A stretch of 64,000 nucleotides of DNA from Eledone cirrhosa (lineage: Eukaryota), in contig OZ024742.1 of NCBI GenBank assembly GCA_964016885.1, positions 25,420,001 to 25,484,000 on the forward strand, in the 5' to 3' direction. A model generated the notes under the pieces. It made no database searches, was not told where the DNA came from, and worked only from the letters and a program-made list of their open reading frames with translations. This document shows positions 1 through 13,608 of this stretch, piece by piece; position 1 is the stretch's first letter, and every line of letters begins with the position of its first letter. The position numbers and the translations under genes are program-made.

Positions 1-1766
1 GCAAAGGCGACGCACTAGATAGAGGAAACTATAGAGGTATAAAGTTGATGGACCAGGTCATGAAAGTAACAGAAAGAGTTATAGCACAGCTGATTAGGGA
101 CCGGGTGAATATAGACGAGATGCAATTTGGGTTTGTACCAGGAAGAGGCACCACTGATGCCCTCTTCCTTGTGAGGCAATTACAGGAAAAGTACCTAGCT
201 AAAAGTAAGCCACTCTACTTGGCATTTGTCGACCTTGAGAAAGCCTTTGACAGAGTTCCATGTGCTGTAATCTGGTGGGCTCTTAGAAAACTAGGAGGAG
301 ATGAATGGCTTGTGAAAGCGGTACAAGCCATGTATAGGGGAGCAGTCAGCAAAGTTAGGATTAGCAATGAGTATAGCGAGGAATTTAGCGTACAGGTTGG
401 GGTCCACCAGGGCTCTGTTCTTAGCCCTCTCCTGTTCATCATAGTCCTGCAGGCAATAACGGAGGAATTTAAGACCGGATGCCCATGGGAACTCCTGTAT
501 GCTGATGACCTCGCACTCATAGCTGAATCTATGATAGAACTAGAGAATAAATTCCAAACCTGGAAGCAGGGACTAGAGAGAAAGGGTCTCAAAGTCAACA
601 TGACAAAGACTAAGGTCCTTGTAAGTAGACGAGAAAACAGAACCCAGATCCCCTCAGGGAAGTGGCCTTGCTCAGTATGTAGGAAAGGTGTAGGTAGGAA
701 CTCCATTCTCTGCCCCAAATGCAAACAATGGGTACACAAGAGATGTAGCGGGATCTCAGGAAGCTTAATTAAGAATGTAGGATTCACATGCAGCAGCTGT
801 GCTGAAACAGCAAGCAGCAAACAGCCACAGGAAACAAGTACCACCAATCTCTGGGAGGGCCCTGTAGAAACAGTAGACAGCTTCTGCTACCTAGGTGACC
901 GAATTAGCAACGGAGGTGGGTGTTCAGAAAGTACAATAACTAGGGTAAGAACGGGATGGAAGAAGTTTAGGGAACTACTACCACTGCTAGCTGCAAAAGG
1001 CTTCTCCCTCAGAATGAAAGGCAGACTGTATGATGCGTGTATCCGAACAGCGATGTTGCATGGTAGTGAGACCTGGGCGCTGATGGTGGAAGACTTACGT
1101 AGATTAGAGAGAAACGAAGCCTGCATGCTCCGATGGATGTGTAACAGTAATATACGTGAACGACAAAGCATAAATGAATTGAGAGAGAGGCTGAGCATAA
1201 GAGGAATCAAATGCTGCGTGCAGGAGAGGCGGTTGCGCTGGTATGGACATGTGATGCGTATGAAGGATGACAGCTGCATAAAAAGGTGCAGAGCACTAGA
1301 AGTTGATGGAAACCGCGGAGTGGGGAGACCCAAGATGACCTGGGATGAGGTGATAAAAGCTGACCTTACCCAATTACACCTCTCAAAGACAATGACACAC
1401 GACCGTAACTTCTGGCGTCACGCAGTAATACAGAGTACCCGACCTCCCATGGGTACATGCTGAAGCATATAAACAATATGCCCCCACCCCTCCCACCGCA
1501 AGGTGGTTGTGGAGGTGCCACGGCAAAAAAGCACCCAGCCCACACTGTAAAGTGGACGTGTAGGCGCCACGAAAAAGCACCCAGCACTCACTGTAAATGA
1601 GGTTGGTGTTAGGAAGGGCATCCAGCTGTAGAAATAAAGCCAGATCAGTTCCTGTATGAGCAAGGCATGGTCAGCCGACCAGACACTCACACAACAGGAC
1701 AACCCGTCTAACCCATGCTAGCGTGGAAGAACGGACGTAAAACGGTGATGATGATGATGATGATGA
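1..1766 (+). mobile_element. RTE-clade LINE, 3' part (RT ORF, 3' UTR, (GAT)n tail)
   Basis: RT ORF followed by a ~290 bp UTR ending taaaacggt(gat)n at 1738-1766. UTR pieces recur at 5190-5272, 9080-9230 and 12120-12430. Confidence 0.93.
3..1463 (+). CDS. Non-LTR reverse transcriptase (RTE clade), 5'-partial, with PHD-like Cys/His finger
   Basis: Frame open from position 3 (KGDALDRGNYRGIKL). Motifs QFGF, FVDLEKAFD, GVHQGSVLSP, LYADD, CSVC..CPKC..HKRC..CSSC, RRLRWYGH, GRPKMTW. Confidence 0.95.
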   Translation, partial: KGDALDRGNYRGIKLMDQVMKVTERVIAQLIRDRVNIDEMQFGFVPGRGTTDALFLVRQLQEKYLAKSKPLYLAFVDLEKAFDRVPCAVIWWALRKLGGDEWLVKAVQAMYRGAVSKVRISNEYSEEFSVQVGVHQGSVLSPLLFIIVLQAITEEFKTGCPWELLYADDLALIAESMIELENKFQTWKQGLERKGLKVNMTKTKVLVSRRENRTQIPSGKWPCSVCRKGVGRNSILCPKCKQWVHKRCSGISGSLIKNVGFTCSSCAETASSKQPQETSTTNLWEGPVETVDSFCYLGDRISNGGGCSESTITRVRTGWKKFRELLPLLAAKGFSLRMKGRLYDACIRTAMLHGSETWALMVEDLRRLERNEACMLRWMCNSNIRERQSINELRERLSIRGIKCCVQERRLRWYGHVMRMKDDSCIKRCRALEVDGNRGVGRPKMTWDEVIKADLTQLHLSKTMTHDRNFWRHAVIQSTRPPMGTC

Positions 1767-2003
1767 TACGTATGTATATATATATTTCTATATATGAGTC
1801 TATATATATATGTGTGTATGTATATAACTGTGAGATTGATCGGTTCTGATCAATTTAAGCGCTATTCAAGATCCACTATAAAAGCCACAAATCCTCGAAT
1901 AGTCACTTTTTTATTGTAAGTACAATAGTTGAGGGTGATTCTTACACTATGATGTATTATTCTGATTTAAATCTTGGCAATGGAAAAAGAAAAAAAAAAC
2001 ATT

Positions 2004-2007
<4 letters not shown>

Positions 2008-2057
<50 letters not shown>

Positions 2058-2571
2058 ACACACAATCACCAGATCTCCCACACAGACACACACACACAGA
2101 CACACACAATCACCACACTGCCCACACACACACAGTCACATACAGAGACACACACAATCACCACATCTCTCACACACATACACACACACAGTCACATACA
2201 GAGCCACACACAATCACCGCACCGCCCACACACATACACACACACAGTCACATATAGAGACACACACAAGCACCACACCTCCCACAGACATACACACACA
2301 CACAATCACATACATAGACACACACAAGCACCACACCTCCCCCCCACACACACACACAGTCACATACAGAGACACACACAAGCACCACTCCTCCCATACA
2401 CACACACACACAGTCACATACAGAGACACACACAAGCACCACACCTCCCACACACACACACACACACAGTCACATACAGAGACACACAAGCACCACTCCT
2501 CCCACACACACACGCACACACTGTCACATACAGAGACACACACAAGCACCACATCTCCCACACACACACAT
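2008..2571. repeat. CA-rich compound minisatellite (~50-55 bp units, cagtcacatacagagacacacacaagcaccac)
   Basis: Directly visible repeated unit embedded in (CA)n. Confidence 0.9.
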
Positions 2572-2862
2572 GTATGCCAGTAAAAATAATTCAAGGAAAA
2601 AGATGAATGGCTCATCATATTTTCCATACCTCGATACTTCATTGATTCTAAATTACTGTTGCTTCAAAACATTATTGATTCCCCTCTGCTTGTTCCCCTT
2701 TATTATGAGAGTCTATTACAAACAATGGCCTGCTTCAATAACTCTGATTATCGGCTGTCAAGAATATATTCAAAATGTTTTAAATTGGAAAAGTTTAATT
2801 TCAAAAAAACAAAGTCTCTCAGTTTTCATAGGGCATTTTATTCCAATCAAATAAAATGTAAA

Positions 2863-2891
2863 ACACACACACACACAACACAGACAGACTG

Positions 2892-2925
<34 letters not shown>

Positions 2926-3321
2926 CACACAGCACAGGCAGACTGGCACAGACACACACACACACAGCACACAGCACAGGCAGACTGGCACAGACAGACA
3001 CACACACACACACACACTGTCATACACACACACAACACAGACACATTGACACACACACACACACACACACACGTCACAGACACACTGGCATACACACACA
3101 CATACACACACACCACAGACAGACTGGCACACACACACACACAACACAGACACACTGACACACACACACACACACACACACCACAGACACACTGGCACAC
3201 ACATACACACACACACACACAACACAGACACACACAGACACACTGGCACACACACACAACACAGACACACTGGCATACACACACACACACACATACACAC
3301 ACAACACAGACACACTGGCAT

Positions 3322-3357
<36 letters not shown>
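2863..3357. repeat. CA-rich compound minisatellite (cagacacactggcacac variants)
   Basis: Directly visible. Confidence 0.9.
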
Positions 3358-3358
<1 letters not shown>

Positions 3359-3554
3359 ATCAATATTCAAGACCAAAACAATTTGTTGCTGGACATTTGA
3401 AATTTCCAGTCAGCCATTTTAAATAAAGAGTGTAAAACTTAAAAAACAGAATAAAATTTAACAATTCTACCTTTTTTTAAAAAAAATATTACAAATATAT
3501 TTCAAGAGGTCAAATTTTGTAGCCATTCATTCATGTAAAGGTATATACATTTTC

Positions 3555-3571
3555 ACATATGTATATATGTA

Positions 3572-3617
<46 letters not shown>

Positions 3618-3642
3618 TTGTGGTCTTGTTTTGCTTAACTAA

Positions 3643-3687
<45 letters not shown>

Positions 3688-3702
3688 ATATATGTATATA
3701 TG

Positions 3703-3763
<61 letters not shown>

Positions 3764-3885
3764 ATGTATATATATATATATATATATATATGGATGTATA
3801 AATTTGTTTTTATGTGTTTATGTTTGTGTAAATATTGAACATACATTTAAAATGAATGTGTCTATACATTTATACAACACACACA

Positions 3886-3942
<57 letters not shown>

Positions 3943-4136
3943 TATATTTATATCGATGTATAAATATATCTATGTAAGTGTATGTGTGTATCTTTTTATG
4001 TTTATATAAATATTTAATTTACATTTAAAATGAATGTTGTTAGGCATTTATACAACACAAGCACACATTATATATATATATATATATGACAAATATCTGC
4101 ATATATATATGTGTGTGTCTGTATTCATATGTTTGC

Positions 4137-4169
<33 letters not shown>

Positions 4170-4226
4170 TGTATGTATGTATGTATGTATGTATGTATGT
4201 ATGTATGTATGTATGTATGTATGTAT
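3555..4226. repeat. (TA)n/(TG)n/(TATG)n microsatellite cluster
   Basis: Directly visible. Confidence 0.9.
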
Positions 4227-4639
4227 GGAATTATACATGTAACGGATTTAATCAGCCATGAGTAATTTTTTGTAACTGGTGATGTTGAACACAGCTATAA
4301 TATCATGCGCCCACTGTAATAACGTTTGTGAAAGTGGTTTAAGATGCCATTTCATAATAGGAAACCATTCAGAATGGAAAACTGCAGCCATCACTTGTAA
4401 TCGAGTATGACGTGGTAGTATATACCATGCATTTGCTAAGTGCTTTTGGTAGACATGCAGTCACAGATGACCTCTTGCCCCATCCTACTAGATCCAGTGA
4501 GACATCAATGATATGGCAGCTGGAATGTTAAGTAAAGGAAGCTCCTCTAGCAATGGGCTGGTCATTTGTTTATTGACTTGGGTGGGATTCTACCTCAGAA
4601 TTCAGGATAAGTATTCAATCCCCTAACTGCTGCTTCTTC

Positions 4640-4900
4640 AAATTGAGAGATCACATCTCTGATACTATGGGCATGTGCTTAAAATGTCTCAGGACAGAAT
4701 TTCTGGACAGATTTTACTGGCAAAACCAACAGGCAGGAGACCCTGGTGTAGACCCTGAACAAGATGGTCGGATAACATCCATGATCTTGGCTGGTATTGC
4801 TTGGGGATCCAACCAGATTAGTTGGAGATGGTTGACAGAACCCGTTGGCTGGAGTGTTTGATGACTCTGCCTCCACGGCTGTCTCAGGAAAAGTAGGCCA
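4640..4900 (+). mobile_element. Decayed RTE LINE 3' fragment
   Basis: ggcaaaaccaacaggcaggagaccc...caagatggtcggataacatccatga is homologous to 51415-51600 (GRKPRSKPRARWLGNI) and to 50456-50700 on the minus strand. Confidence 0.65.
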
Positions 4901-5189
4901 ACAAGAACTCCCTAATCACTCCCTTGCTGTTGCATACTTAGAGCATTGCTCACATATCTGGGACAATTCTACTGTCAGACATGAATATATTACTTGGATT
5001 GAATTCTATGCCTGTAAGTTTTGTTTTGCTCTCATCTTAATATTCCGAGGACCATGTCTGACTACTTTGTAACTCTGGGTAGAGCAGTACTACTACCAAT
5101 AAGGGTTTAAAATATGTATGTCTATTTTGACAGCCAATAATTGTTGCCACTATTGCTATCCCTCTTTCTCTCTATATATAAACTGTATA

Positions 5190-5272
5190 TGCATCATCAC
5201 CATCGTTTTGATGTCCACTTTCCCTGCTAGACCCTTGCTAGCGTGGAAAATGGACATTAAATGATGATGATA
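5190..5272. repeat. Inverted pair of RTE 3' tails
   Basis: catcatc...gtccacttttccctgctag / ctagcgtggaaaatggacattaaatgatgatg, matching the 1715-1766 tail. Confidence 0.7.
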
Positions 5273-5316
5273 TATGTGTGTGTATGTATGTGTATTTAAA
5301 TATGTGTGTGAGTGTA

Positions 5317-5351
<35 letters not shown>

Positions 5352-6079
5352 ATATATAGTCTAACTCAAGACATGAACTGAAACCAAAATGTGTTAATGT
5401 GTTACTCCCCTAAAATATTAACGCATATATGTTCATTTCTGTATTTTTAGAATATCTTAATTTGGTATTTCAGTAATATCTGCCATATTGGGTTGAAATC
5501 AGTACTAGACTTATTGATTGGATTATCAGTAAACAGTATATCTATTGCTGCTTTAGTTTTTCTAACTTTTAATGTGGTTCTTCTTTATCTATAATAGCCA
5601 TTGCTATTCCCATAGCTGTATATGGTTTCATTTCTCACATTATGTATAGCCATTCCTGACTTTCACATTTACCTCTTTTCATTAGATTATTTTTCTCTGT
5701 AATTAATTCTTTTCTGACTTTCAAGATCCAGATCTGTATCCAGTTTCCAAATAAAGGGACCTTATTATAAACACACACAATATATATATGTTCCTTTATT
5801 ATGGCTAAGTAGTAAGTCTTGTTACTCTAGAGTTTCACCTCGGCTCTTGCAGGATCATTTTACTGAGTGTGTTTTATTGTGGCACCAGCACCAGCGAGGT
5901 TGTCATGCTTTAGGTTGTCAAATGAATTTTTTGGTAAGCTTTCTATGGCTAGATACCTTTGGTAATATTGAACTCAGATTGGACATGTGATAATAAATTC
6001 TGCATGAGATTCAGTTTAATTATCTACAGTTTCTGCCAGCTTTCAACTGAATTTCAGAGACAAGATAATAATGATCTCT

Positions 6080-6475
6080 CATTTTGGCACACGGTCAGTG
6101 TGCGACTAGTATGTTATTGTATCAACCCCGTAAGGATGAAAGTCAAAGCTAACTTCATCAGGATTAGATCTCAGGACTTAAAGAGCCATAACTATATGTT
6201 GTAAAGCATGTTGTCTGATGCTCTACCGATACTGCCAATCCACCACCATAATATTGATAATAATGGTTTCTGATTTAGGTACAAGGCCAGCAATTCTGCA
6301 GGAGGAAAAAGTCGATTAAATCAACCCAATGTATGACTGGTACTTTAATTTATTGACCCCGTAAGGATGTAAAACCAAGCTAACCTCAGCATGATTTGAG
6401 CTCAGAACTTAAATAACCATAACTATTTATCATAAAGCATGTTGTCCAATGCTCTACCAATCCACCGCCATAATA
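6080..6475 (-). mobile_element. Two tandem tRNA-derived SINEs (Meta/MESC-like central domain)
   Basis: Reverse complement of ggattggcagtatcggtagag...gagttcaaatc...gcctttcatccttacggggtcgata...aagtaccag. Confidence 0.8.
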
Positions 6476-7099
6476 ATGATAACTATAGCAAGTAATAACT
6501 GCTAACCTATCACTGATATATGTGTTACATTGAATACCTGTTCAATGGATAATGGAGAACTGCTTTGCTAAGCAAAAGCCACTGTTGAAAGAATTCTTTT
6601 ATTTCCTGCAGCTATTACTACCATTAGCCTCCACTTAACCATCTGGTGACAACTGGTTATTATAAGCTAACAATGGTATAATTGATTTCACAGGTATGGC
6701 TATACAACAATACTACATATAGGCATAGATAGACACTTATTCCCTCTCTCACTCTCGCCTTTCATTTACAGGTTTACAGCACAGCTTAATCAATAACCTA
6801 TTTGATAAAATCAGAATGACACACCATAATTGCATGTGTATAATCCAGTTTACTGTAATTTTTATGGATATTAATGGATCATTGTTGTAATCTTCAAAGC
6901 AACATCAAAACAACATTGTTAATTGATGTCTGCAGATAAAGATATTCTTAATCGAGTCAATTTAGCACAAATGACCTCCAGGTAGATTTCGCTGGGAATG
7001 ATGGCTGCTGTGATGCTATGAACCTAATTGTCATCTCGTATGTGACTTTCCTCTAAACCATTAATTCATTATTATAGTATATTTTAATATTATAGATAT

Positions 7100-7960
7100 A
7101 TAAAGGCAAAGGATTAGCAATGTCAGTAGAACGTTAGACTACATGCTGTGCCATAGAGTTACACCCCTTTATCATCTGAGTTCAAATCCCACCGAGGTTA
7201 GCTTTGCCTTTCATCCTTACAGGGTCGATAAAATGAAGTACCAGTAACATACTGGGGTCGATTTAATTCACTTTACCCTCCCCCAAAAAATGTTTGGCTT
7301 TGTACCTAAATCAGAAATCATTGGCAGTATCGGTAGAGAGTCGGATGCTATGCTTTGCAGATTAGAGTTAGGGCCCTTTATGTTCTGAGTTTAAATCCCA
7401 CTGAGGTTAACATCGCCTTTCATCCTTATGGGGTCGATCAAATAAAGTACCAGTAATGCACTGGGATAATTGCTGGCCTTGTGCCAATAGTAGAAACAAT
7501 TATTATTAAAACAGAGAATAAGGGCAGTGGATTGGCAGAATTGGTAGAATATTGGACACAATCCCACTGGAGGTTAGCTTTAACTTTATCTTTACAGGTT
7601 CGACAAAATAAAGTACCAGTAATACACGAAGTTTGATTTAATCAACTTTCCCATTCCACCAAATTTGTTGGCTTTGTCCCTAAATAAGAGCATTATTATA
7701 ATATAAGGGCAGTGGATTGGCAGTATCGGTAGAGGGTCTGACGCCATGCTTTGCAGCGAAGAGTTACGGCCCTTTATGGTTTGAGTTCAAATCTCGCCAA
7801 GGTTAACTTTGCCTTTCATCCTTACGGGGTCGATAAAATAAAGTACCAGTAATGTACTGGGTAATTGCTGGCCTTGTGCCAATAAACAATAAACAATAAT
7901 AAACAATTATTATAATATATAAGGGTGGTGAATTGGCAGTATCAGTAGAGCATCAGAGAA
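7100..7960 (+). mobile_element. Head-to-tail cluster of 4-5 copies of the same SINE family
   Basis: Repeated A-box-like tggcagtatcgg, B-box-like gagttcaaatc and gcctttcatccttacggggtcgataaaataaagtaccag. Confidence 0.85.
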
Positions 7961-9079
7961 GATGTTTTAATAAGCAGAGGTGGGTAGAATAAGAGTGGTG
8001 AGCAGTTATAGGAGACTCAAGTGTACAGGTTTAAAATATTGTGGTTATCAGTGGTTTTCAGCACAGTGGTTAATGCTCTTTTCGAGTATCTGAAAGATAC
8101 AAAGTTTTATTCGTCATAGCCACCTCTGCCAATTTTTCCCATCTACAGGGTTACTTTATCTGTTTTTTTTCAACTATTATTTATTGTGATTGACTATTAT
8201 TATAATCATTTGTGTTGGGACACACACATTTCAAATTTTGATTATACTTCCAATGTTAACTGGTTGGTTCACTGATTTTTTTTTTTTTCTCTCCTCATTA
8301 TGATCTGATTTCAAATCCCATTGGGGTCAACTTTTACATTTTACCCTTTCAGGGATCGATAAGATAAACACCAGTTACCCACTGGAATTGAGTCAACCCC
8401 TACAAATATTTGGCCTTGTGTCAATGTGGTAAATCATTATTAATTCATATTGTCTGTAAAGTTTGTGTGTTCGTGTTTTCATGCAATATCAAACTGCATA
8501 TAATTAACCTTGGATGTTGGCTAACTTCCCACAGCCTATATCTAGAGCTAATTATATATACATATAGATATATCTGTGTGTGTATAGCTGTGGGTATGAC
8601 AGAACGTGTGTGGTTATGTGATGAATGTGTAGCTGTGTGTATGATTCTGTGTGTGTGTGTTGGTATGTGTAGCTGTGTGTATGACAGTCAATGTCTGTGT
8701 GTGTGGTTATGTGACTTGATATATATGATGTGTGTCTGTATGTGTGTACCTGTGTGTATGACAATTGGTGTCTGTGTTTGTGATTATGTGAATAGCTGTG
8801 TGTATGACAGTATGTATGTGTGTCGTTCTGAGAATAGATATGTGTGTGTGTGTATGTGGACAGGTCTGTATATTTATGTATGTATATGTGTTTATGTGTG
8901 AGTGTATGTCTGTATGATTGTGTGTAACAAAGCCAAGTGTCTTTGAAGATAAATGTGTTTGTGTGTATGTGTGCGTATGTATGAGTGTGTGTGTGTTTGT
9001 AGATGTACTTTATGGGAGTGCCTGCATGTGTGTAAATGTGTATGTATATTTGTATAAGTATTAGTATTTATTATTTTTA

Positions 9080-9230
9080 TCATCATTTTACGTCCACTTT
9101 TCCCTGCTTGCAAGGGTGGGACGGGAACTGATTCTGGCTTGATTTCTACAGCTGGATGCCCTTCCTAACACCAACCTCATTTACAGTGAGTGCTGGGTGC
9201 TTTTTTGCCGTGGCACCTCCACGACCACTT
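9080..9230 (-). mobile_element. RTE 3' UTR fragment
   Basis: Reverse complement of parts of 1510-1750 (ctacagctggatgcccttcctaacaccaacctcatttacagtgagtgctgggtgc). Confidence 0.85.
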
Positions 9231-9269
9231 TGCAGTGGAATGATATGGACCCCAGTCCCTATCATCTCA

Positions 9270-9395
9270 TTTCTACAGCTGAGTAAACGTGAAATAAAGT
9301 GTCTTGCTCAAGGAAACAACACATCACCCGGTCTGAGAATTGAACTCACAACCTTTCGATTGCAAGGCCAATGCTCTAACCACTAAGCCATGTGG
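9270..9395 (-). mobile_element. tRNA-derived CORE-type SINE fragment
   Basis: Minus strand: tggcttagtggttagagc...gtgagttcaattc...gtttccttgagcaagacacttt. Confidence 0.7.
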
Positions 9396-10049
9396 TAAGA
9401 ATATATCTGTAAAGTCAAGTGTGTATATTCACCTGAGCCTCTGTGTAAGTGTGACATGCTGTGTAAGATGGCATCTGGTTTAGGGTTCTATGTCATCATA
9501 TGTGTCATTTATGATAGCCTGCTTTTGATCCAAGCCTTAAGAGAGAAACTGGGTAGAAGGAAACTGTGTGGAAGCCTGCCTGATAATATTTGCCTGTAAC
9601 TCAATAGGACTATCTTGTAAGGCTTATTCAGTTCAAGAATTACATTAAGGGTACCATGTTTGTTTCAAATGCTCTGCAACATATATGTTAATTAATGATG
9701 GCACATAGATTAGTGGTTAGTTTATTTGGCTCATAATCATAGGGTCGTGAGTTTGATTCTTGGCAGCATGTTGTGTCTTGTGTCTTTAAACAAACACTTA
9801 TTTTTAGTCGAGAAGAAAGATGTGTTCATGATTCCTGGCCACTGTCTGTCCTCTTACGTTGATAAAATTGTTTGTTACAAGTTATGTTCACCTTCAAAAT
9901 CTGTAAGTCAGAGATTACAGCAAAAAACTTTAAAAGATATTCTAGATTAGAAACAGACTGTACTTATATTGATACTTTAATATATCACAGGTTTAACTAT
10001 TGTATACACAACTTGAGCACTCATTGCCGGAAACAATGGTGGTCCAAAA

Positions 10050-10835
10050 CCTTTATGCCTTTATACCATTAAACAAATATTGATTTCATAGAACAGATAC
10101 AGGTCAATAGAACATAGCAGGAGTTAAGGTCTCTGACTCTTTAACCCTTATGCCTTTATACCATTAAACAAATATGAATTTCATAGAAGAGTTACAGGTC
10201 AACTGAACATAGTTGGAGCCAAGTTCCTTGACTCTTTAAGCAGACAATTTAACCTCTATATCATTAAACTAATATTGATTCTATTGAACGGCCACATATC
10301 AATTGTAAAATATCTACCGACTATTTAAGAAAATCTTTGTGTACATGGAGGTTACAAAAAAGATTCAACAACAGAATCTCCTAGCTGCTTTACTGTTCCC
10401 CTTGCTTCATATTTTTACTTTATATTGTTGGCCTTCCCTATTTAAATTTTTCAATTTATTTTATTATTTTTTAATTTTTATTTTTATATTCATTTATCTT
10501 GTTTTTTTTGTTTCTCAACTGTAAGAAGTACTGGATCCTTCCCTTAGTCTGTCATGACTTACTAGCTCTATACACACGTTTAAATTTATTTTTATATTCT
10601 GTCTATTTTGTCTTTTGTTTCTCAACTGAAAGAAGTACTAGATACTTCCCCTAGTCAGCCATGACTTACTAGCTCTATACAGATATTTAGAAGCCACGTT
10701 CTCTAAATCTTTAACCTTCATGTTTATATCATTAAACCAATATTGGTTCCATAGAATGACCAGAGCTCAACAGAACATACTAGGAACCAAGTTCTCTGAC
10801 TCTTTAAGCAGACACTTTAACCTTTATGCCATTAA
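10050..10835. repeat. Degenerate local tandem repeats (~95-105 bp units)
   Basis: ttatgcctttataccattaaacaaatat...tctgactctttaa repeated. aagaagtact..cttccc.tagtc..ccatgacttactagctctatac duplicated at about 10520 and 10630. Confidence 0.75.
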
Positions 10836-10842
10836 ACCAATA

Positions 10843-11029
10843 ATTGTTTCTACTTTAGGCACAAGGCCAGCAATTACCCAGTGCATTACTGGTACTTTAT
10901 TTTATCGACCCCCGTAAGGATGAAAGGCAAAGTTAACCTCGGCGTGATTTGAACTCAGATCGTAAAGGGACGTAACTATGCTGGAAAGCATGGCGTCTGA
11001 CCCTCTACCGATACTGCCAATTCACCGCC
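10843..11029 (-). mobile_element. Full-length SINE with target-site duplication
   Basis: Complete consensus flanked by attaaaccaataat at 10831-10844 and 11030-11043. Confidence 0.9.
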
Positions 11030-12459
11030 ATTAAACCAATAATAGAGTATCATATGACAAATAGATTTCACACCAGATTTGAATAACTTCCTATTATACT
11101 ACAAACATATTGTTTGTGAATCTTCTTTCTTAAAGATTAAATATTCTTCATTCAGTTCTTTTAATCTGAATTACCGGAATCTTAACGGAGAATATTCTGT
11201 TAAAATGCGATGTGACATTTTCACTTTGTTTTGTTTTCCAATATCTTTTCTATCAAACATCTAACAATTATAAAAATTAAAATCGATAATGAAGATAATG
11301 ATAATAATAATAATAATAATAATTAGATAAATAAATGTGAATAATAATGGCAATAACAAAATAAATAAAAATAATAACATTAATAGAAGAAGAAGAAGAA
11401 GAAGAAGAAGAAGAAGAAATATATAATTAAACATTTTCCTAGTGCTAAATGTGAATTTTGGTAAACATATTTCTTATTTACAGCTAATTCCTAGATACAT
11501 CCTAAACTGAAATAATTCCAAGATGATTAATAAAAATAAGAAAATATATATTAATATATAAATAACAAAAAACATAGAACCAAATAGATAAAAAAATAAT
11601 GAAAACAAAAGAATACCAGGAAAAATAATTTAAAAAAAAGGAACACATAACAATTGCAGAACAACAACAATAACAACAAATGATAAATGATAAAATATGA
11701 GGTGATGTTGCTGATAATGATGGTGAAACCTGTGGTGGCAGTGGTGATGGCGATGATGATGATTATTATGGTTATTATCATTGTGATTATGATGATGATG
11801 ATGATAATCAGTTTGATAAGAAGCAGTATATCTGAGAAAGAGAACAACAACAACAGCAACAATTTCATCCTCAAGGGTAAAATAACAACAGAAAAATGTA
11901 TTGCAACATCAATAATTACAACAACATAAACACATATTACTTGACCTCCACTAGTGCCCTTTCTTTATTTAGACCCATAACTCCAGAGGGAGCTGTAAAG
12001 GGACTATTAATGCCTCCCCAGTGTAACCAAGGACACATTGAGCATGGTAGTGTTGTATATACAATTAGCCCTCTCTATAAAGAGCCCATGCTGTTCACAC
12101 AATAACTAGCAGCCAGCCCTCCCTGTAAGGCGGTTGTGAAAATCACCCAGTCCATCCTGTAAGCTGGTAGTACTGGTGCCATGACAAAAACATCCAGTCT
12201 ATCATTAAGGTGGTTGTGTTGGGGTCACAATAAATCACAGTTAGTACATGCTATAAGGGGTGGTATTAGGAAAGGTACCCAGCTGTAGAAACAAAGTCAA
12301 AGAAATAAGAAAACAAAGCATAATATGCAAGATACAGTCACCTGACCAGCCTGGGCTCCGTATATCACAGCCCGTCCTCCAGAGGCAAGCGTTGAAAATA
12401 GATGTTAAACAGTTATGATGGTGACAATGAAACACACACAGACATTATATATGCATATA

Positions 12460-12735
12460 TATTCATTTTATTAAAGCTATGTAGTGAATCTTGTTACTCT
12501 GGAGATTCGCCTGTTCATCAGACATATATATATATATATATATATATCCGTATGTGATTAACAGCTGAGAGAAAGGAATACTCAATACCTAAGTAAAGTT
12601 ACTCTGGAGTTTTACTTGTTTATCACAGGGTCATCAGACAAGAGTTCTTGTGTGATGACCCTGTGATAAACAGGCAAAACTCCTCAGTAATAAGACTCAC
12701 TTTTTAGCCTTAATAATATTGAATATAGCATATAC
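12460..12735. mobile_element. Fold-back cluster of decayed HHR-bearing PLE-like ends (family P)
   Basis: Consensus of three copies: tcttgt-CTGATGA-c cctg..cagg c-GAAA-ctccagag-TA-acaaga. Each copy carries lesions. The 3' half also occurs at 5815-5840 (minus). Confidence 0.65.
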
Positions 12736-12843
12736 ATTCACTGATATACCCTTACATTATATACACATGCCTTTATCACAACCTGGTCCATAACGACACA
12801 GTAACCCTTAAACATATACATCTTTCTCCCCCGCCCATCTCTC

Positions 12844-12932
<89 letters not shown>

Positions 12933-13556
12933 TGTATATATATATATCTATATATGTATGTGTGTGTGTAATTATATACAAGATTACCATGTGTAAGTGT
13001 TTTAATGCATCTGTTTAGTTTTTAATATTCTTGTACAAACATGTATCAACTAATGTGCATATGCACATGTATGCACATGTGTTCAGTTCTATTAACATTA
13101 ACTAGATATATATAGTTGTCTTCTATAGCCACATGCAGTAAAAATTCCATATTTACACAGACCTAGACATGTACACATTTAATATAACCGTCTACACTTG
13201 CACCCACCTTCATTTTTAAATCTACACTCAGTTCCCTCGAATATGAACCAGTCCGCAATTTAAAAGACTACACCATTCACGTAATATGATAAACCAATCG
13301 TGTGTTTTTTTAACGTTAAGAAGTGAATTCTAATTCAGAGAAATAAATGAAAAGCAGTGTTATGAAGATTTGAAAAGACGTATTAATTTTTAATATCTGC
13401 ACATGAATAGCTTTAATGAATCCAGTCAATCTTCAACAACTATCTTGTCTTCAAAATATGTTTCTGGGAGACATTAGAGAAATCATAGTAATGCTTTATA
13501 CAGTTATACAGAATTCCTGAAGTAAGGTGTGTACTGAGCGCTATAATACTGTGATG

Positions 13557-13604
<48 letters not shown>

Positions 13605-13608
<4 letters not shown>

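Noticed and set aside
215-1333. Antisense ORFs of 210 and 148 aa
   Set aside because: Shadows of the RTE RT ORF.
6925-6990. Possible 46 nt host exon (tgcag|ATAAAG...CTCCAG|gtagat, DKDILNRVNLAQMTS)
   Set aside because: Too short, weak polypyrimidine tract, no partner exons recognised. Needs RNA-seq.
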